NCBI GenBank assembly: GCA_046761045.1
Contig: JBHIFJ010000001.1
Location: 11,795 to 75,794, forward strand
Length of the DNA: 64,000 bases
DNA from: Thermoplasmata archaeon
Lineage (GTDB): Archaea > Thermoplasmatota > Thermoplasmata > RBG-16-68-12 > JAGMCJ01
Direction of reading: 5' to 3'
In this document: positions 19,495 to 29,802 of the stretch, piece by piece
Numbering within the stretch: the first letter of the stretch is position 1
How the letters are laid out: every line of letters begins with the position of its first letter
Position numbers and translations under genes: made by a program
Notes under the pieces: generated by a model
Database searches by the model: none
Told to the model about the DNA's origin: nothing
The model's input: the letters and a program-made list of their open reading frames with translations, nothing else

Positions 19495-20453
19495 AGACCT
19501 CCACCCTTCCTTCTCATGACGTCGTGTGCAGCCTTGATTACGTTTTCGGCTGTCAATCCGTACTTCTCCATCAGCTCGTCCGAGTCCCCAGACTCTCCGA
19601 AAACGTCGGGAATCCCCACGCGCTTCATCGGAATATGTGCGTTTTCAGCTAGGTCCATGGCAACTGCAGCACCCATTCCTACCATCACACTGTGCTCCTC
19701 CGCCGTCACCACGGCGCCCGTTTCTCTTGCTGCCTTTATCACCGCCTCTTTGTCCAATGGCTTGATTGTGCTCATGTTCAAGACCCTGGCATCTATTCCT
19801 TCTTTGGCCAGTTCGTCTGACGCAATCAGACACCTCGAAACCATGATGCCCGTGCCTATGAGGGTGACGTCGTCACCGTCCCTCAGAACCGTTGCCCTAC
19901 CAAGCTTGAATTCGTCCTCAGTGGACATGATTGTTGGGACATCTGCGCGACCCATCCGAAGGTATACAGGGCCCACATAGTCGGCCACAGCCTTTATCGC
20001 CAGGTATGTTTCCGGTGCGTCGGCCGGGACAACAACCGTGATGTTGGGAAGGGCGCGCATCAGTGCCACGTCCTCAACGATTTGGTGAGTCGCTCCGTCA
20101 CCGCCTACAGTTATCCCCGCATGAGTCGCTATTATCTTTACGTTGAGCTTGGGGTAAGCGATTGACTGCCTTATCTGATCATACACTCTCCCCGTTCCAA
20201 AGGCTGCGAAGGTGCTGGCGAACACGGTCTTTCCAGATGCTGCCAAGCCGGCTGCTATGCTCATCATGTTCTGCTCTGCGATTCCAACATTGAAGTGCCT
20301 TTCTGGGAACTCGTCCGCGAACAAGGACGTCTTCACAGACGTTGACAGATCCGCACTCAGAACCACGATGTCCTTTCTTTCCTTACCGAGTTCCACAAGA
20401 GCTCTTGCCCACAAGGCTCTCTGGCTCTCCTTCTTCCATGAACCGTAGTTCAT
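19491..20453 (-). CDS. Transketolase, C-terminal subunit
   Basis: [15 protein letters not shown] and EEHS motifs. Confidence 0.95.
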   Translation of the reverse strand: MNYGSWKKESQRALWARALVELGKERKDIVVLSADLSTSVKTSLFADEFPERHFNVGIAEQNMMSIAAGLAASGKTVFASTFAAFGTGRVYDQIRQSIAYPKLNVKIIATHAGITVGGDGATHQIVEDVALMRALPNITVVVPADAPETYLAIKAVADYVGPVYLRMGRADVPTIMSTEDEFKLGRATVLRDGDDVTLIGTGIMVSRCLIASDELAKEGIDARVLNMSTIKPLDKEAVIKAARETGAVVTAEEHSVMVGMGAAVAMDLAENAHIPMKRVGIPDVFGESGDSDELMEKYGLTAENVIKAAHDVMRRKGGGL

Positions 20454-21286
20454 GGCTCACCTCCGAGTTCGATCATGGCCTGTTTGTATTGCTCCTCGTC
20501 CGGCGCCTTGCCGTGAAATGCCACAGAGCCCTCCATGAAGCTGACGCCCTTTCCCTTGAGGGTTCTTGCGATTATCACCGTAGGTCTCCCTTTGACAGTT
20601 TCGGCCTTGTCGAAGGCCTCCAGTATCTCCTTGAAATTATGCCCGTCGATTTCGATGACTTTCCAGCCGAAGGCTTTCCACTTGTCAGCGAGCGGTTCAA
20701 GCGACATTATCTGCTCCGTTGGGCCGTCGAGCTGCATCAGATTCCTGTCAACGATTGCGCAAAGGTTGTCCAGTCTGAAGAATGCCGCTGCCATGGCGGC
20801 CTCCCATGTCTGGCCACAGTCGTTCTCCCCGTCACCAACCATGACATAGACACGGTAGTTGCGTCGGTCCAGCCTTGCAGCCAGGGCAATGCCGATGCCG
20901 ACGGAGAGCCCCTGCCCCTCAGATCCAGTGGAGGCCTCGACTCCCGGCGTTTTCCTCATGTCGGGATGACCCTGAAGTCTGCTCCCGGTTTTCCTGAGCG
21001 TGTCCAGCTCCGCAACGGGAAAGAACCCCCTCTCAGCAAGGGCTGCGTACCATGCGGGACAGGCGTGGCCCTTGCTCAAGACAAACCGATCTCTGTCCTC
21101 CCAGGAGGGGTTCTTTGGGTCCACATTGAGAACATGAAAGTAGAGGGCCGTGATCACGTCCGTGGCAGAGAGGGACCCACCAGGATGTCCTGATCCGGCC
21201 TGATACACCATTCGAATGATGTGCTGGCGAATCTTGCGGGCTTCGTCTTCGAGTTTGCCTATGAATTCCTGACTGTACCTGGCCAT
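20450..21286 (-). CDS. Transketolase, N-terminal subunit
   Basis: [24 protein letters not shown] and the GDGE TPP motif. Confidence 0.95.
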   Translation of the reverse strand: MARYSQEFIGKLEDEARKIRQHIIRMVYQAGSGHPGGSLSATDVITALYFHVLNVDPKNPSWEDRDRFVLSKGHACPAWYAALAERGFFPVAELDTLRKTGSRLQGHPDMRKTPGVEASTGSEGQGLSVGIGIALAARLDRRNYRVYVMVGDGENDCGQTWEAAMAAAFFRLDNLCAIVDRNLMQLDGPTEQIMSLEPLADKWKAFGWKVIEIDGHNFKEILEAFDKAETVKGRPTVIIARTLKGKGVSFMEGSVAFHGKAPDEEQYKQAMIELGGEP

Positions 21287-21414
21287 GAAGTGTCCTCCCC
21301 ACCTCCTGAGTGGGTAAAGGGCTCAAATGTAATAAGATTTGGCGTTTTGGCCCTGACCTCGTTTCGAGACGGGGCCTCAAAAGTCTTTAATAACGACCGG
21401 ACATTAGCCGGAAT

Positions 21415-22077
21415 GTGGTTAAGATAGCACCTTCCATACTGTCTGCTGACTTCTGCAGGTTGGGCGAGGAAGTCATCGCCGCGGAGAAGGGCGGCGCCGA
21501 CATGATTCACATAGATGTCATGGATGGCGTCTTCGTGCCAAACCTCACGATCGGGCCTCCTGTTGTCAAGGGGATTAGGAAATGCACAGCGCTCGAGTTC
21601 GACTGCCATCTCATGGTTCAATCACCGGGGCCCCTCGTAGCTGACTTCATGAAAGCGGGGTCAAACCTCATCACGGTGCACGCAGAATCAGAAGGCGATA
21701 TTGGCAAGGTCCTCAGAGAGATCAGGTCAGGCGGGAACAGGGCTGGCCTGTCTCTGAATCCTCCAACACCCCTTTCGAGAGCCGAGCCTTTTCTTGAGAT
21801 GTTGGACCTTCTACTGGTCATGACAGTCAATCCCGGTTTCAGTGGACAGAGATTCATGCCCGAGGTTATTCCCAAGATCGAAGAGGCCCACAGGCGGATT
21901 GAGGATCTTGGAGTAGGAATCGACTTGCAGGTCGACGGCGGGATAAGCCCCGAGACAGCACACTCTGTCGTCAGGGCGGGCGCCAATGTGCTTGTGGCGG
22001 GTTCCGCAATCTATGGTGGCAACGTAGCCGAAAGAATCGCGCTACTCAGAGAGGCAGCGGAATCCGAAACTTATTAA
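21415..22077 (+). CDS. rpe: Ribulose-phosphate 3-epimerase
   Basis: IAPSILSADF, HIDVMDG.FVPN, MTVNPGFSGQ and VDGGI motifs. Confidence 0.97.
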   Translation: MVKIAPSILSADFCRLGEEVIAAEKGGADMIHIDVMDGVFVPNLTIGPPVVKGIRKCTALEFDCHLMVQSPGPLVADFMKAGSNLITVHAESEGDIGKVLREIRSGGNRAGLSLNPPTPLSRAEPFLEMLDLLLVMTVNPGFSGQRFMPEVIPKIEEAHRRIEDLGVGIDLQVDGGISPETAHSVVRAGANVLVAGSAIYGGNVAERIALLREAAESETY

Positions 22078-22107
22078 GGTCTAGGTACAATAAAAGGACG
22101 ACTCTGC

Positions 22108-22290
22108 ATGGATCCAAACGGAGCAAAGTTCGCACTACTCACCATGTCGGTGATTGTTCCCCTACTCCTCATTATGCTGGGAGTCATATTCGATTTTGGC
22201 GGGATCCTGTTGGTCCTGGGAGCACTTATCTGGATGGGCTCCTCTCTGATAGTATTCCTTCCATTCCTGGAGGAAGAGAAATCCCTGTGA
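22108..22290 (+). CDS. Small 2-TM membrane protein
   Basis: 60-aa ORF with a hydrophobic hairpin and a charged tail; fills the gap after rpe. Confidence 0.65.
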   Translation: MDPNGAKFALLTMSVIVPLLLIMLGVIFDFGGILLVLGALIWMGSSLIVFLPFLEEEKSL

Positions 22291-22332
22291 TGCTGTTCTA
22301 GGTGACACGCGCCTCAGGTTCGTGGTCCGTGC

Positions 22333-24729
22333 CTAGGCTCTTGCCTTGAAGGCCTTCATCGTCTTGTTGAATTCCTTGTCCGTCACTTCTGACATAATCT
22401 TGTGCATTTCCTTCATCTTCGATGCGAATCTCTCGGCCTCCGCAGCTGAAATCCATTCGAGCTGGAGCCTGTTCGGGTCTATTCCCATCTTCTCCAGTTT
22501 CCTCTTCCATCTCTTTACTCTCTTGAGGGTCTGTTGGTTCGCATTGATATAGTGACAATCCTGGAGATGGCATCCCGAGACGAGCACGGCAGCAGCTCCC
22601 CTCTCAAACGCCCTCATGATGAACTTCTCTGCAACGCGGCCTGAGCACATTGTCCTGATGACGCGGGAGGAACTCGGATACTGCATCCTGGACACTCCGG
22701 CCAGATCTGCACCTGCGTAGGAACACCAGTTGCAGGCGAAGACGAGAACCTTATTGTGCGGGTCCCGCTCGAGCGCATGGTCGATTTGCGAAATGATTTG
22801 GTCATCCGTGAAATGTCTCATAGTTATGGCATCGTTGGGGCACTGAGCCCCACATGTTCCGCAACCTGCACAGGCCGCTTCCACAACGAACGCGAGTTTG
22901 GCATCCTTGTCCGCGGTTATCGCACCATAGGGGCACACCTTCTCGCAGGCGCCGCAGCCAGTACATCTCTCCTCATCCACTATGGGGGTGAGAGCCTCCA
23001 CCGTGACCTCTCCGCGTATCATGAGCCTGTTCGCCCTTGCTGCCGCGGCGGAGGCCTGAGTGACGCTCTCCTTTATGTCCTTGGGGGCCTCAGCACTTCC
23101 CGCCAGGAAGACTCCCCCGGTCGGCGTGTCAATGGGCTTGAGCTTCGGATGGGCTTCCAGGAAGAAGCCGTTCGAATCTGTCGATATGTTCAGAAGCCTC
23201 TGAATCTCCTCCTTGTCGTCCTGCGGTTCCAGTCCAATGGAGAGAATCACCATTCCGAAATTGGTGTCATAGATCTCCTGGAGCGTCGTGTTTTCTCCTC
23301 TGACTCTGAGAGTTCCGTCAGGATTCAGCTTGATGTCGAATGGCAGTCCCCTTATGAATCTGACCCCCTCCTCCTTGGCCCTCTTGTATAGGTCTTCGAA
23401 TCCCTTTCCGAAGGCTCTGATATCCATATAGAACACGGTGATATCGATTTCCGGCCAGTGCTCCTTGATCAAAAGAGCATCCTTTATCGTCTCCATACAG
23501 CAAACATTGCTGCAATACGGGTTTCCTCTGTCCTCGGTTCTCGAACCCACGCACTGTACGAAGGCCACGTTTCTTGGTTGCTTCGCATCGCTGGGCCGTA
23601 TGAGATGACCCTCTGTGGGTCCTGATGCGTTTATCAGCCTCTCAAATTCCAACGTCGTAAGCACATCTGGGTACTTTCCATAGCCATATTCCTCGAGGTC
23701 GCGCGGATCAAATGATTTCATCCCTGTCGCGACTATTATCGTCCCCACTTCGAGCTGAACCTCCTTCTCTGGTTCCATGTCAAAGTCAATCGCCTCCCTT
23801 TCGCAGGCTTCGATGCATTTGGCACAAGCCCTGACGTTCGGCTCGTTCAAGCAGAGGTCCATGTCAACGATGTAGCTGGAGGGGACGGACTGCGGGAAGG
23901 GTATGTATACTCCCTTTCTCGTCGTGAGTCCGAGGTCGAACTCGTTCGGCGACGTGACAGGGCAAACATCTGAGCAATCCCCGCAGGCCGTGCAATCGGC
24001 GGTGACGTAGCGGGCTTTCTGCATGACAAGAGCGCTGAAATTGCCGATGTAGCCATCGATGTGCTCTACTGTAGCGTTTGTCAGCACCTCGACATTCGGA
24101 TGTCTGCCGACTTCCGACATCTTTGGGGCGAGTATGCAGATTGAACAATCCATCGTGGGAAAGGTCTTGTCGATCTGTGCCATCCTTCCGCCTATGCTCG
24201 GCTCCTTCTCAACGAGATAGACTTGGTATCCACAGTCACCCAGATCGAGAGAAGCCTGAATTCCGGCCACGCCTCCACCGATGACCAGCGCGCTCTTTCT
24301 TACGGGAACCTTCTTCTCCACCTGCGGCTTCAGCAGTCGAGCCTTGGCGACAGCCATGGCAACAAGGTCCTTCGCCTTCTCCGTCGCTCCTTCCTTGTCG
24401 TGGAGATGAACCCAGCTGCAGTGCTCCCTGATGTTGGCCATCTCGAGAAGGTATCTGTTCAGCCCCGCCTCCTCGCAGGCATTTCTGAACGTCTCCTCAT
24501 GAAGTTTGGGCGAGCAGGAAGCAACGACGACCCTGTTGAGCCCATGCTCCTTTATGTCGTCCTTTATCTTCTGTTGTCCTGGCTCAGAGCAGGTGTACAT
24601 GTTGTGCTCCGCATAGACCACATCATCCAGAGTCTTTGCATGCTCCGCGACTTCCTCGCAGTGAACTGTTGCCCCTATGTTGAGGCCGCAGTGGCACACG
24701 TAAACGCCAATTCTGATCTCCTCTTTCAT
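22333..24729 (-). CDS. hdrA: Heterodisulfide reductase subunit A fused to a C-terminal MvhD domain
   Basis: RIGVYVCHCG, GGGVAG, LEFER, QCVGSR..YCSNVCC and ferredoxin motifs; C-terminal FACNWCSYAGAD..MCSGRV..GCHLQDCHY; start set at ATG 24729. Confidence 0.95.
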   Translation of the reverse strand: MKEEIRIGVYVCHCGLNIGATVHCEEVAEHAKTLDDVVYAEHNMYTCSEPGQQKIKDDIKEHGLNRVVVASCSPKLHEETFRNACEEAGLNRYLLEMANIREHCSWVHLHDKEGATEKAKDLVAMAVAKARLLKPQVEKKVPVRKSALVIGGGVAGIQASLDLGDCGYQVYLVEKEPSIGGRMAQIDKTFPTMDCSICILAPKMSEVGRHPNVEVLTNATVEHIDGYIGNFSALVMQKARYVTADCTACGDCSDVCPVTSPNEFDLGLTTRKGVYIPFPQSVPSSYIVDMDLCLNEPNVRACAKCIEACEREAIDFDMEPEKEVQLEVGTIIVATGMKSFDPRDLEEYGYGKYPDVLTTLEFERLINASGPTEGHLIRPSDAKQPRNVAFVQCVGSRTEDRGNPYCSNVCCMETIKDALLIKEHWPEIDITVFYMDIRAFGKGFEDLYKRAKEEGVRFIRGLPFDIKLNPDGTLRVRGENTTLQEIYDTNFGMVILSIGLEPQDDKEEIQRLLNISTDSNGFFLEAHPKLKPIDTPTGGVFLAGSAEAPKDIKESVTQASAAAARANRLMIRGEVTVEALTPIVDEERCTGCGACEKVCPYGAITADKDAKLAFVVEAACAGCGTCGAQCPNDAITMRHFTDDQIISQIDHALERDPHNKVLVFACNWCSYAGADLAGVSRMQYPSSSRVIRTMCSGRVAEKFIMRAFERGAAAVLVSGCHLQDCHYINANQQTLKRVKRWKRKLEKMGIDPNRLQLEWISAAEAERFASKMKEMHKIMSEVTDKEFNKTMKAFKARA

Positions 24730-24733
24730 CTCA

Positions 24734-25849
24734 TCACGACTCCAACGACTCAGCCAACATGACGAACAGATCCTTGACCTCCGTGTTGACATCGCTCGGC
24801 TCATCCAAAGCGCACCTGAAGTGTATCAAGCATTTCGGGCACGCGGTTATCATCACATCGGCAATCTGAGATGCTTCCTTCAAGCGGCTCACCTGAATTC
24901 TCTTTGAGTCTTGATCGCAGTTCATCCAGCAGGAGGTCCCACAGCAGACTGACTTCTTTCTGTTGTCCTCCATCTCCACCAGTTCCAGGCCAGGAACCGA
25001 AAGCAATAGCTCTCTCGGGGCCTCGTAGATTCCTTGGAACCTTCCCAGTCTGCAGGAATCCTGATATGTGACCTTCTTTCCGTTCTCCTTGAACCTCAGG
25101 TCATCAAGTCTCTTCTCCAGGAAGTTAGACAGGTGGTGCAGCTCGATATCCTCCCTGAGGTCCACATAGTCCTCCTTGAAGGTGTTGTAGCATTCTGGGC
25201 AAGTGAAGACGATTTGCTTCACCTTGGACCGATTGATCATGGCAGTGTTCAGCTCGGCCAGCTCCGCAAACGTGTCTGTCTCTCCAGACCAAAGCATATC
25301 ATGACCACAACACACCTCATTCCTGAGAAGTCGTGGCTTGATGCCGATGCTGTTGAGCAGCGTTATCGCGCTCTTGGTAATCTCGGTGTGACTCCCCACG
25401 TCGCCTAGAATCAGGTCGTAGTAGGGTGCACAGCCTACAAACAGAAGAGTGGTGCCTCGGGTGTCTGTTTCCAATGAATCATCCAGCCATCCCAGTCTCT
25501 TCTGCTTCAGCTGACCGCTTGCCATTAGTCTCGCCATCGAGTGGAGAATCCCAGCGTGGGCACAGTCGCCATGGTCGTCACGCTTGACCAGTATCGCTCT
25601 GATTTCCCTCACAAAGACAGGGTAGTGAACGTCGGACGGACAATACTGGGAGCACGCCTCACATGTGAGACATTCCCACATCTCATTGGGATCGATTCTC
25701 TTCTCGCCGTAGGCGAGAATCCTCTCGACGATTCTTCGCGGGGAGTAGATGTTTCCGTTGTATGTGAGTGGACAGGCGAGCGTGCACTTGCCGCACGAGT
25801 AGCACATCTGGACCCGGTTTTCCTTGATGACCTCACCCAGTTCCATCAC
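24734..25849 (-). CDS. HdrD/GlpC-like Fe-S oxidoreductase (2x[4Fe-4S] plus two CCG domains)
   Basis: CYSCGKCTLACP, CLTCEACSQYCP, VCCGH, CPEC, QDSCRLGR, CCG and ACPKC motifs. Confidence 0.9.
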   Translation of the reverse strand: MMELGEVIKENRVQMCYSCGKCTLACPLTYNGNIYSPRRIVERILAYGEKRIDPNEMWECLTCEACSQYCPSDVHYPVFVREIRAILVKRDDHGDCAHAGILHSMARLMASGQLKQKRLGWLDDSLETDTRGTTLLFVGCAPYYDLILGDVGSHTEITKSAITLLNSIGIKPRLLRNEVCCGHDMLWSGETDTFAELAELNTAMINRSKVKQIVFTCPECYNTFKEDYVDLREDIELHHLSNFLEKRLDDLRFKENGKKVTYQDSCRLGRFQGIYEAPRELLLSVPGLELVEMEDNRKKSVCCGTSCWMNCDQDSKRIQVSRLKEASQIADVMITACPKCLIHFRCALDEPSDVNTEVKDLFVMLAESLES

Positions 25850-26265
25850 TTGCCGCCTCCCAATGGGTTGGGACCCTTGTTCTTGATCTCCTTGACGAAC
25901 TCCTTGACAACCTCAGCGAATCTTGTCCCCTCTGAGGCCGAAATCCATTCGAGGCGGATGCGGTCAGCACCCAGCCCGATGACATCGGCAACCTTTCTGG
26001 CATTCTCCATCCTGATCTCTGCTTTTTCGTTTCCGGAGTTGTAATGGCAGTCACCTGGGTGGCAGCCAGCGACCAGAACGCCATCGATGCCCTTCTCGAA
26101 AGCGCGGAATATATGACCCGGGTCGACACGACCTGAGCACATCACTCTGACTATCTTGACATTGGCTGGGTATTGGAGTCTGGAGGTCCCTGCAAGGTCA
26201 GCCCCAGAATAGGCACACCAGTTGCAGCAGAACGCAAGGATTCTTGGCTCGAACGGTTTCTTCAT
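25846..26265 (-). CDS. mvhD: MvhD/FlpD [2Fe-2S] subunit
   Basis: FCCNWCAYSGADLAG, MCSGRV, GCHPGDCHY and WISASEG motifs. Confidence 0.96.
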   Translation of the reverse strand: MKKPFEPRILAFCCNWCAYSGADLAGTSRLQYPANVKIVRVMCSGRVDPGHIFRAFEKGIDGVLVAGCHPGDCHYNSGNEKAEIRMENARKVADVIGLGADRIRLEWISASEGTRFAEVVKEFVKEIKNKGPNPLGGGK

Positions 26266-29253
26266 CTAAGCCCATCCCTCCAGACTCTCGATGATTCTGT
26301 CAAGCTGATCGCTCGTGCATCCGTAGACATCCAGCGCGCCAGTTGGGCACGCAACAACACAAGCACCACATCCCTTGCAGAGCACAGTATTCACCATTGC
26401 TGTTTTGATGTCTTCCGACTCCACAACCTCGATTGCGCCGAAATCGCAGACCTCAACACACCTACTGCACCATCTGCATCGTGATTCATTGACGTGAGCG
26501 ACCAAGGGCTCGACTTCTATTCTGTCCTTGGAGAGTAGCCCGAGAGCTTTCGTCGCAGCTCCTCTGCCTTGGGCAATGCTCTCGTCTGAAGGCTTCGCGG
26601 AATGGGCGAAGCCACATAGGAAGATGCCGTCGGTCGCGAATTCAACCGGCCTGAGCTTTCGGTGTGCTTCCAGGAAGAAGCCGTCCCCGCTCAGGGGGAC
26701 CTTCAGTATCTCGGACAGCTTCTCGTTGTCCGGATTCGGTCTTATGCCCGCGCTCAGAATCAGGTATTCCGGTTCGAGGAGAACATCCTCCATCAGGAAT
26801 GTGTCCTTCACGACGACATGCAGCTTCCCCTTCTCCTCCCTCACCTCGGGGGGATTCTCATCGTTGTATCTCAGGAATATGACGCCCCTCTTGGACGCCT
26901 CTCGATAGAACCTCTCCCTGAATCCATACGTCCGTATGTCCTTGTAGAGGACATAGACGGGCGTATCATGATATTTCCTCTTCACCCACAAGGCGTTCTT
27001 GATGGATGTGGAGCAGCATATGCGACTGCAGTTGTGATACTCGGGCACGCGAGAGCCCACGCACTGTATTATCACTATGCTCCTGGGATTGAAGTCCTCG
27101 TGGAGCATCCTCTCCTCCAGCTCGAGCTGGGTCATGACGTGGTCGCTCCTTCCGTACAGATACTCGGTGGGTCTGTACTCGACCGCGCCCGTGGCGACTA
27201 TGACGACCCCGTGATCGATATCGCTCCCATCCGCAAGCGTGGTGTGAAAGTTCCCAACGAATCCGTCGAGGGACTCGACCTCCGTTCCCATGTGCAATGT
27301 GATTCTGTCGTTGCTCCTCACACTCTCTATCGTGTCCGTGAGGAGCTTCTGAGGATCCATTCCCCTCAGCGTATGCGTTATCCTTCTCAGGTTCCCGCCA
27401 AGCTCGTTCGTCTTCTCGACGAGATGCGTCTTTATTCCGTGCTCCGCGAGGGACAGCGCGGCTGTCATCCCCGACAGTCCGCCTCCTATCACGAGGGCGG
27501 TCCTGTTGACGGGGACGGATACCTTCTGGAGGGGTTCCAGAAGCCTTGCCTTCGCGATCGCAGCCGCAACGAGTCCCTTGGCCTTCTCCGTCGCCTTCTC
27601 AGGCTCCTTGGAATGTACCCACGAACAGTGCTCGCGTATGTTCGCCATCTCGAAGAGATAGGGATTCAGTCCCGCCTCCCTTATCGTCTCCTGGAAGAGT
27701 TTCTCATAGGACCTTGGTGAGCAGGATGCAACGACGACCCGATTGAGGTCATGCTCCCTTATGGACTCCTTGATCCTCTCCTGGGTCGTGACGGAGCATG
27801 TGTACAGATTGTCCTCAGCGTGAACGACGTTGGGCAGCGTCCCAACGTACTCGACGACGGAGGGAACGTCCACGACACCGCCTATGTTGATTCCGCAGTG
27901 GCATACGAAGACACCGATGCGGGGGGCTTCCACTTCAACCGAGGTCCCCTCTGGCGAATCCTTGCGAGCTTTGACCTCTTCGAAAACGGGGGTGACCAGA
28001 GAGGCTGCCGATGACTGGCACACCGAGTCCGGGATGTCCTTCGGTTCAGCTATGGTTCCCGCAACGTATACGCCGGGTCTCGTGGTCTGAAAGTTCTCAA
28101 AGGAGATCGTCCTGAAGAAACCATAATCGTTGAGTTCCGCGCCAAGGACCTTGCTGAGCCCTTCCGCGTCCTTCGGCGGTCTCATCCCAACCGACAACAC
28201 GACAAGGTCGAACTCCTTGTCCTCAATCTTGTCATTCTCAGGATACCTGGTGAGGACTGCACCGCTAGGGGCGGGCTCGAGTGCCGAGACCCTATTCCCT
28301 CTGTAGATTCTTATGCCGTGCTCCTCTTCGGCCCTCATCCTGAAGTCTTCGAACTCCTTGCCAAAAGCCCTCAGGTCTATGGAGAAGATGTGGATGTCGA
28401 CTGACGGGTTATGCTCCTTCGCCACAATCGCCTCCTTCAGCGCGTACATGCAGCACACGGAGGAGCAGTACTCTCCTCCGTATACGACGGATCTGCTTCC
28501 CACGCACTGAATGAACGCGATGTTCTTGGGCTCCCTTCCGTCGGAGGGCCTCACCACCCTTCCCTGTGTCGGACCGGATGCGCTGAGGAGCCTCTCGAAC
28601 TCGAGGCTCGTTATGACATTCGGAAGGACGCCGTATCCGTACTCGTGTATCACGGAGGGATCGAAGACATCCGCTCCGGATGCGATTATGACGCTTGCCA
28701 CCTCTATCCTCGTCTCCTCCTCTCTCTGATCGAACTCTATGGCCTGCGCCTCGCAGAACTTCTCGCAGGCCCTGCATTTTCCCGTCTTGAAGTAGATGCA
28801 GTTGTCCCTGTCTATGACATATGTGGAGGGAACGGATTGCGGATATGCCCTATATATCGCCTTTCTGATGGAGCTGCCGGCATCGAACTCATTGAGCACC
28901 TTGGCGGGACACTTCTCGGAGCAGATTCCGCAGGCGACGCACTTCTCCTCGTTCACATACCTGGGATTCCTCCTTATCACGGCGGTGAAGTTCCCCCTCT
29001 CTCCCTCGAGCGCCATGAGCTCGGCGTTTGTGAGAAGCTCTATATTGGGATGTCTTCCCGCCTCCACGAGCTTGGGAGAGAGTATGCACATTGAACAATC
29101 ATTCGTGGGAAAGGTCTTGTCAAGCTGAGCCATCCGACCGCCGATGAATGGGGAGCTTTCGAGAATCGTCACCTGTGCGCCAGCGTTGGCTATATCAATG
29201 GCGCTCTGGATGCCAGCGATTCCTCCTCCTATCACAAGGATGCCCTTGTCCAA
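26266..29253 (-). CDS. hdrA: Tandem (double-module) HdrA-like flavoprotein
   Basis: Two GGGxxG FAD motifs, two QCVGSR...C..(V/I)CC motifs, internal RIGVFVCHCG domain and ferredoxin motifs; TTG start abuts the korC stop. Confidence 0.92.
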   Translation of the reverse strand: MDKGILVIGGGIAGIQSAIDIANAGAQVTILESSPFIGGRMAQLDKTFPTNDCSMCILSPKLVEAGRHPNIELLTNAELMALEGERGNFTAVIRRNPRYVNEEKCVACGICSEKCPAKVLNEFDAGSSIRKAIYRAYPQSVPSTYVIDRDNCIYFKTGKCRACEKFCEAQAIEFDQREEETRIEVASVIIASGADVFDPSVIHEYGYGVLPNVITSLEFERLLSASGPTQGRVVRPSDGREPKNIAFIQCVGSRSVVYGGEYCSSVCCMYALKEAIVAKEHNPSVDIHIFSIDLRAFGKEFEDFRMRAEEEHGIRIYRGNRVSALEPAPSGAVLTRYPENDKIEDKEFDLVVLSVGMRPPKDAEGLSKVLGAELNDYGFFRTISFENFQTTRPGVYVAGTIAEPKDIPDSVCQSSAASLVTPVFEEVKARKDSPEGTSVEVEAPRIGVFVCHCGINIGGVVDVPSVVEYVGTLPNVVHAEDNLYTCSVTTQERIKESIREHDLNRVVVASCSPRSYEKLFQETIREAGLNPYLFEMANIREHCSWVHSKEPEKATEKAKGLVAAAIAKARLLEPLQKVSVPVNRTALVIGGGLSGMTAALSLAEHGIKTHLVEKTNELGGNLRRITHTLRGMDPQKLLTDTIESVRSNDRITLHMGTEVESLDGFVGNFHTTLADGSDIDHGVVIVATGAVEYRPTEYLYGRSDHVMTQLELEERMLHEDFNPRSIVIIQCVGSRVPEYHNCSRICCSTSIKNALWVKRKYHDTPVYVLYKDIRTYGFRERFYREASKRGVIFLRYNDENPPEVREEKGKLHVVVKDTFLMEDVLLEPEYLILSAGIRPNPDNEKLSEILKVPLSGDGFFLEAHRKLRPVEFATDGIFLCGFAHSAKPSDESIAQGRGAATKALGLLSKDRIEVEPLVAHVNESRCRWCSRCVEVCDFGAIEVVESEDIKTAMVNTVLCKGCGACVVACPTGALDVYGCTSDQLDRIIESLEGWA

Positions 29254-29802
29254 CTAACTCGCCACCGAGTTCTTGCCGTACTCGTAGCCCTTCTCAAAGG
29301 CTTCGAGATTGAGCTCTTCCGTTCCCTTTGGAACCGAGTCAAGAATCGACTTCCTCATCGCATCATAGCCGACAACGTCCGATACTGCTGTGAGAAATCC
29401 AAGCATAACGATGTTGGCAACGATCTTCTTTCCGAGGTCTTCCGCCATTCTGGTGGCGGGAGCCTTGTATATCTTGTTCTTTCCACTGAACGATGAGACA
29501 TCGACGAGATCTTCATCGACAATCAGTATCGCATCATCGGCGGCCCTTACATGATATTGATTGTAGGCGTCCTGGGACATTAGAACCAGCACGTCAGGGG
29601 CAGTTCCCATCGGATAGTTGATGTCCTCGTCGCTAATGATGACATCAGCATGGCAGGCTCCGCCCCTCGCCTCTGGACCGTAGGATTGAGTCTGGACCGC
29701 TTCCTTCCTTTCATAGAGCGCGACAGCCTTTCCCAGGATGAAGCCCGCCAAGACAATGCCTTGCCCCCCGAAACCGCCCAGACGGACCTCCTTCCTGCTC
29801 AC
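29254..29802 (-). CDS. korC: 2-oxoacid:ferredoxin oxidoreductase gamma subunit
   Basis: GFGGQGIVLAG, QSYGPEARGG and ANIVMLG motifs; GTG start overlaps the korB stop. Confidence 0.93.
   Translation of the reverse strand: MSRKEVRLGGFGGQGIVLAGFILGKAVALYERKEAVQTQSYGPEARGGACHADVIISDEDINYPMGTAPDVLVLMSQDAYNQYHVRAADDAILIVDEDLVDVSSFSGKNKIYKAPATRMAEDLGKKIVANIVMLGFLTAVSDVVGYDAMRKSILDSVPKGTEELNLEAFEKGYEYGKNSVAS

Noticed and set aside
18955..21193. Long plus-strand ORFs (341 aa and 283 aa) over tal/tkt
   Set aside because: They are antisense to well-conserved enzymes and have no motifs of their own.
22333..29253. Selenocysteine recoding in HdrA/MvhD
   Set aside because: The ORFs are continuous with Cys at the motifs; no in-frame TGA is needed.
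22333..29253. Evidence for methanogenesis
   Set aside because: HdrA/MvhD are widespread in non-methanogens, and no mcr or mtr genes are in the window.
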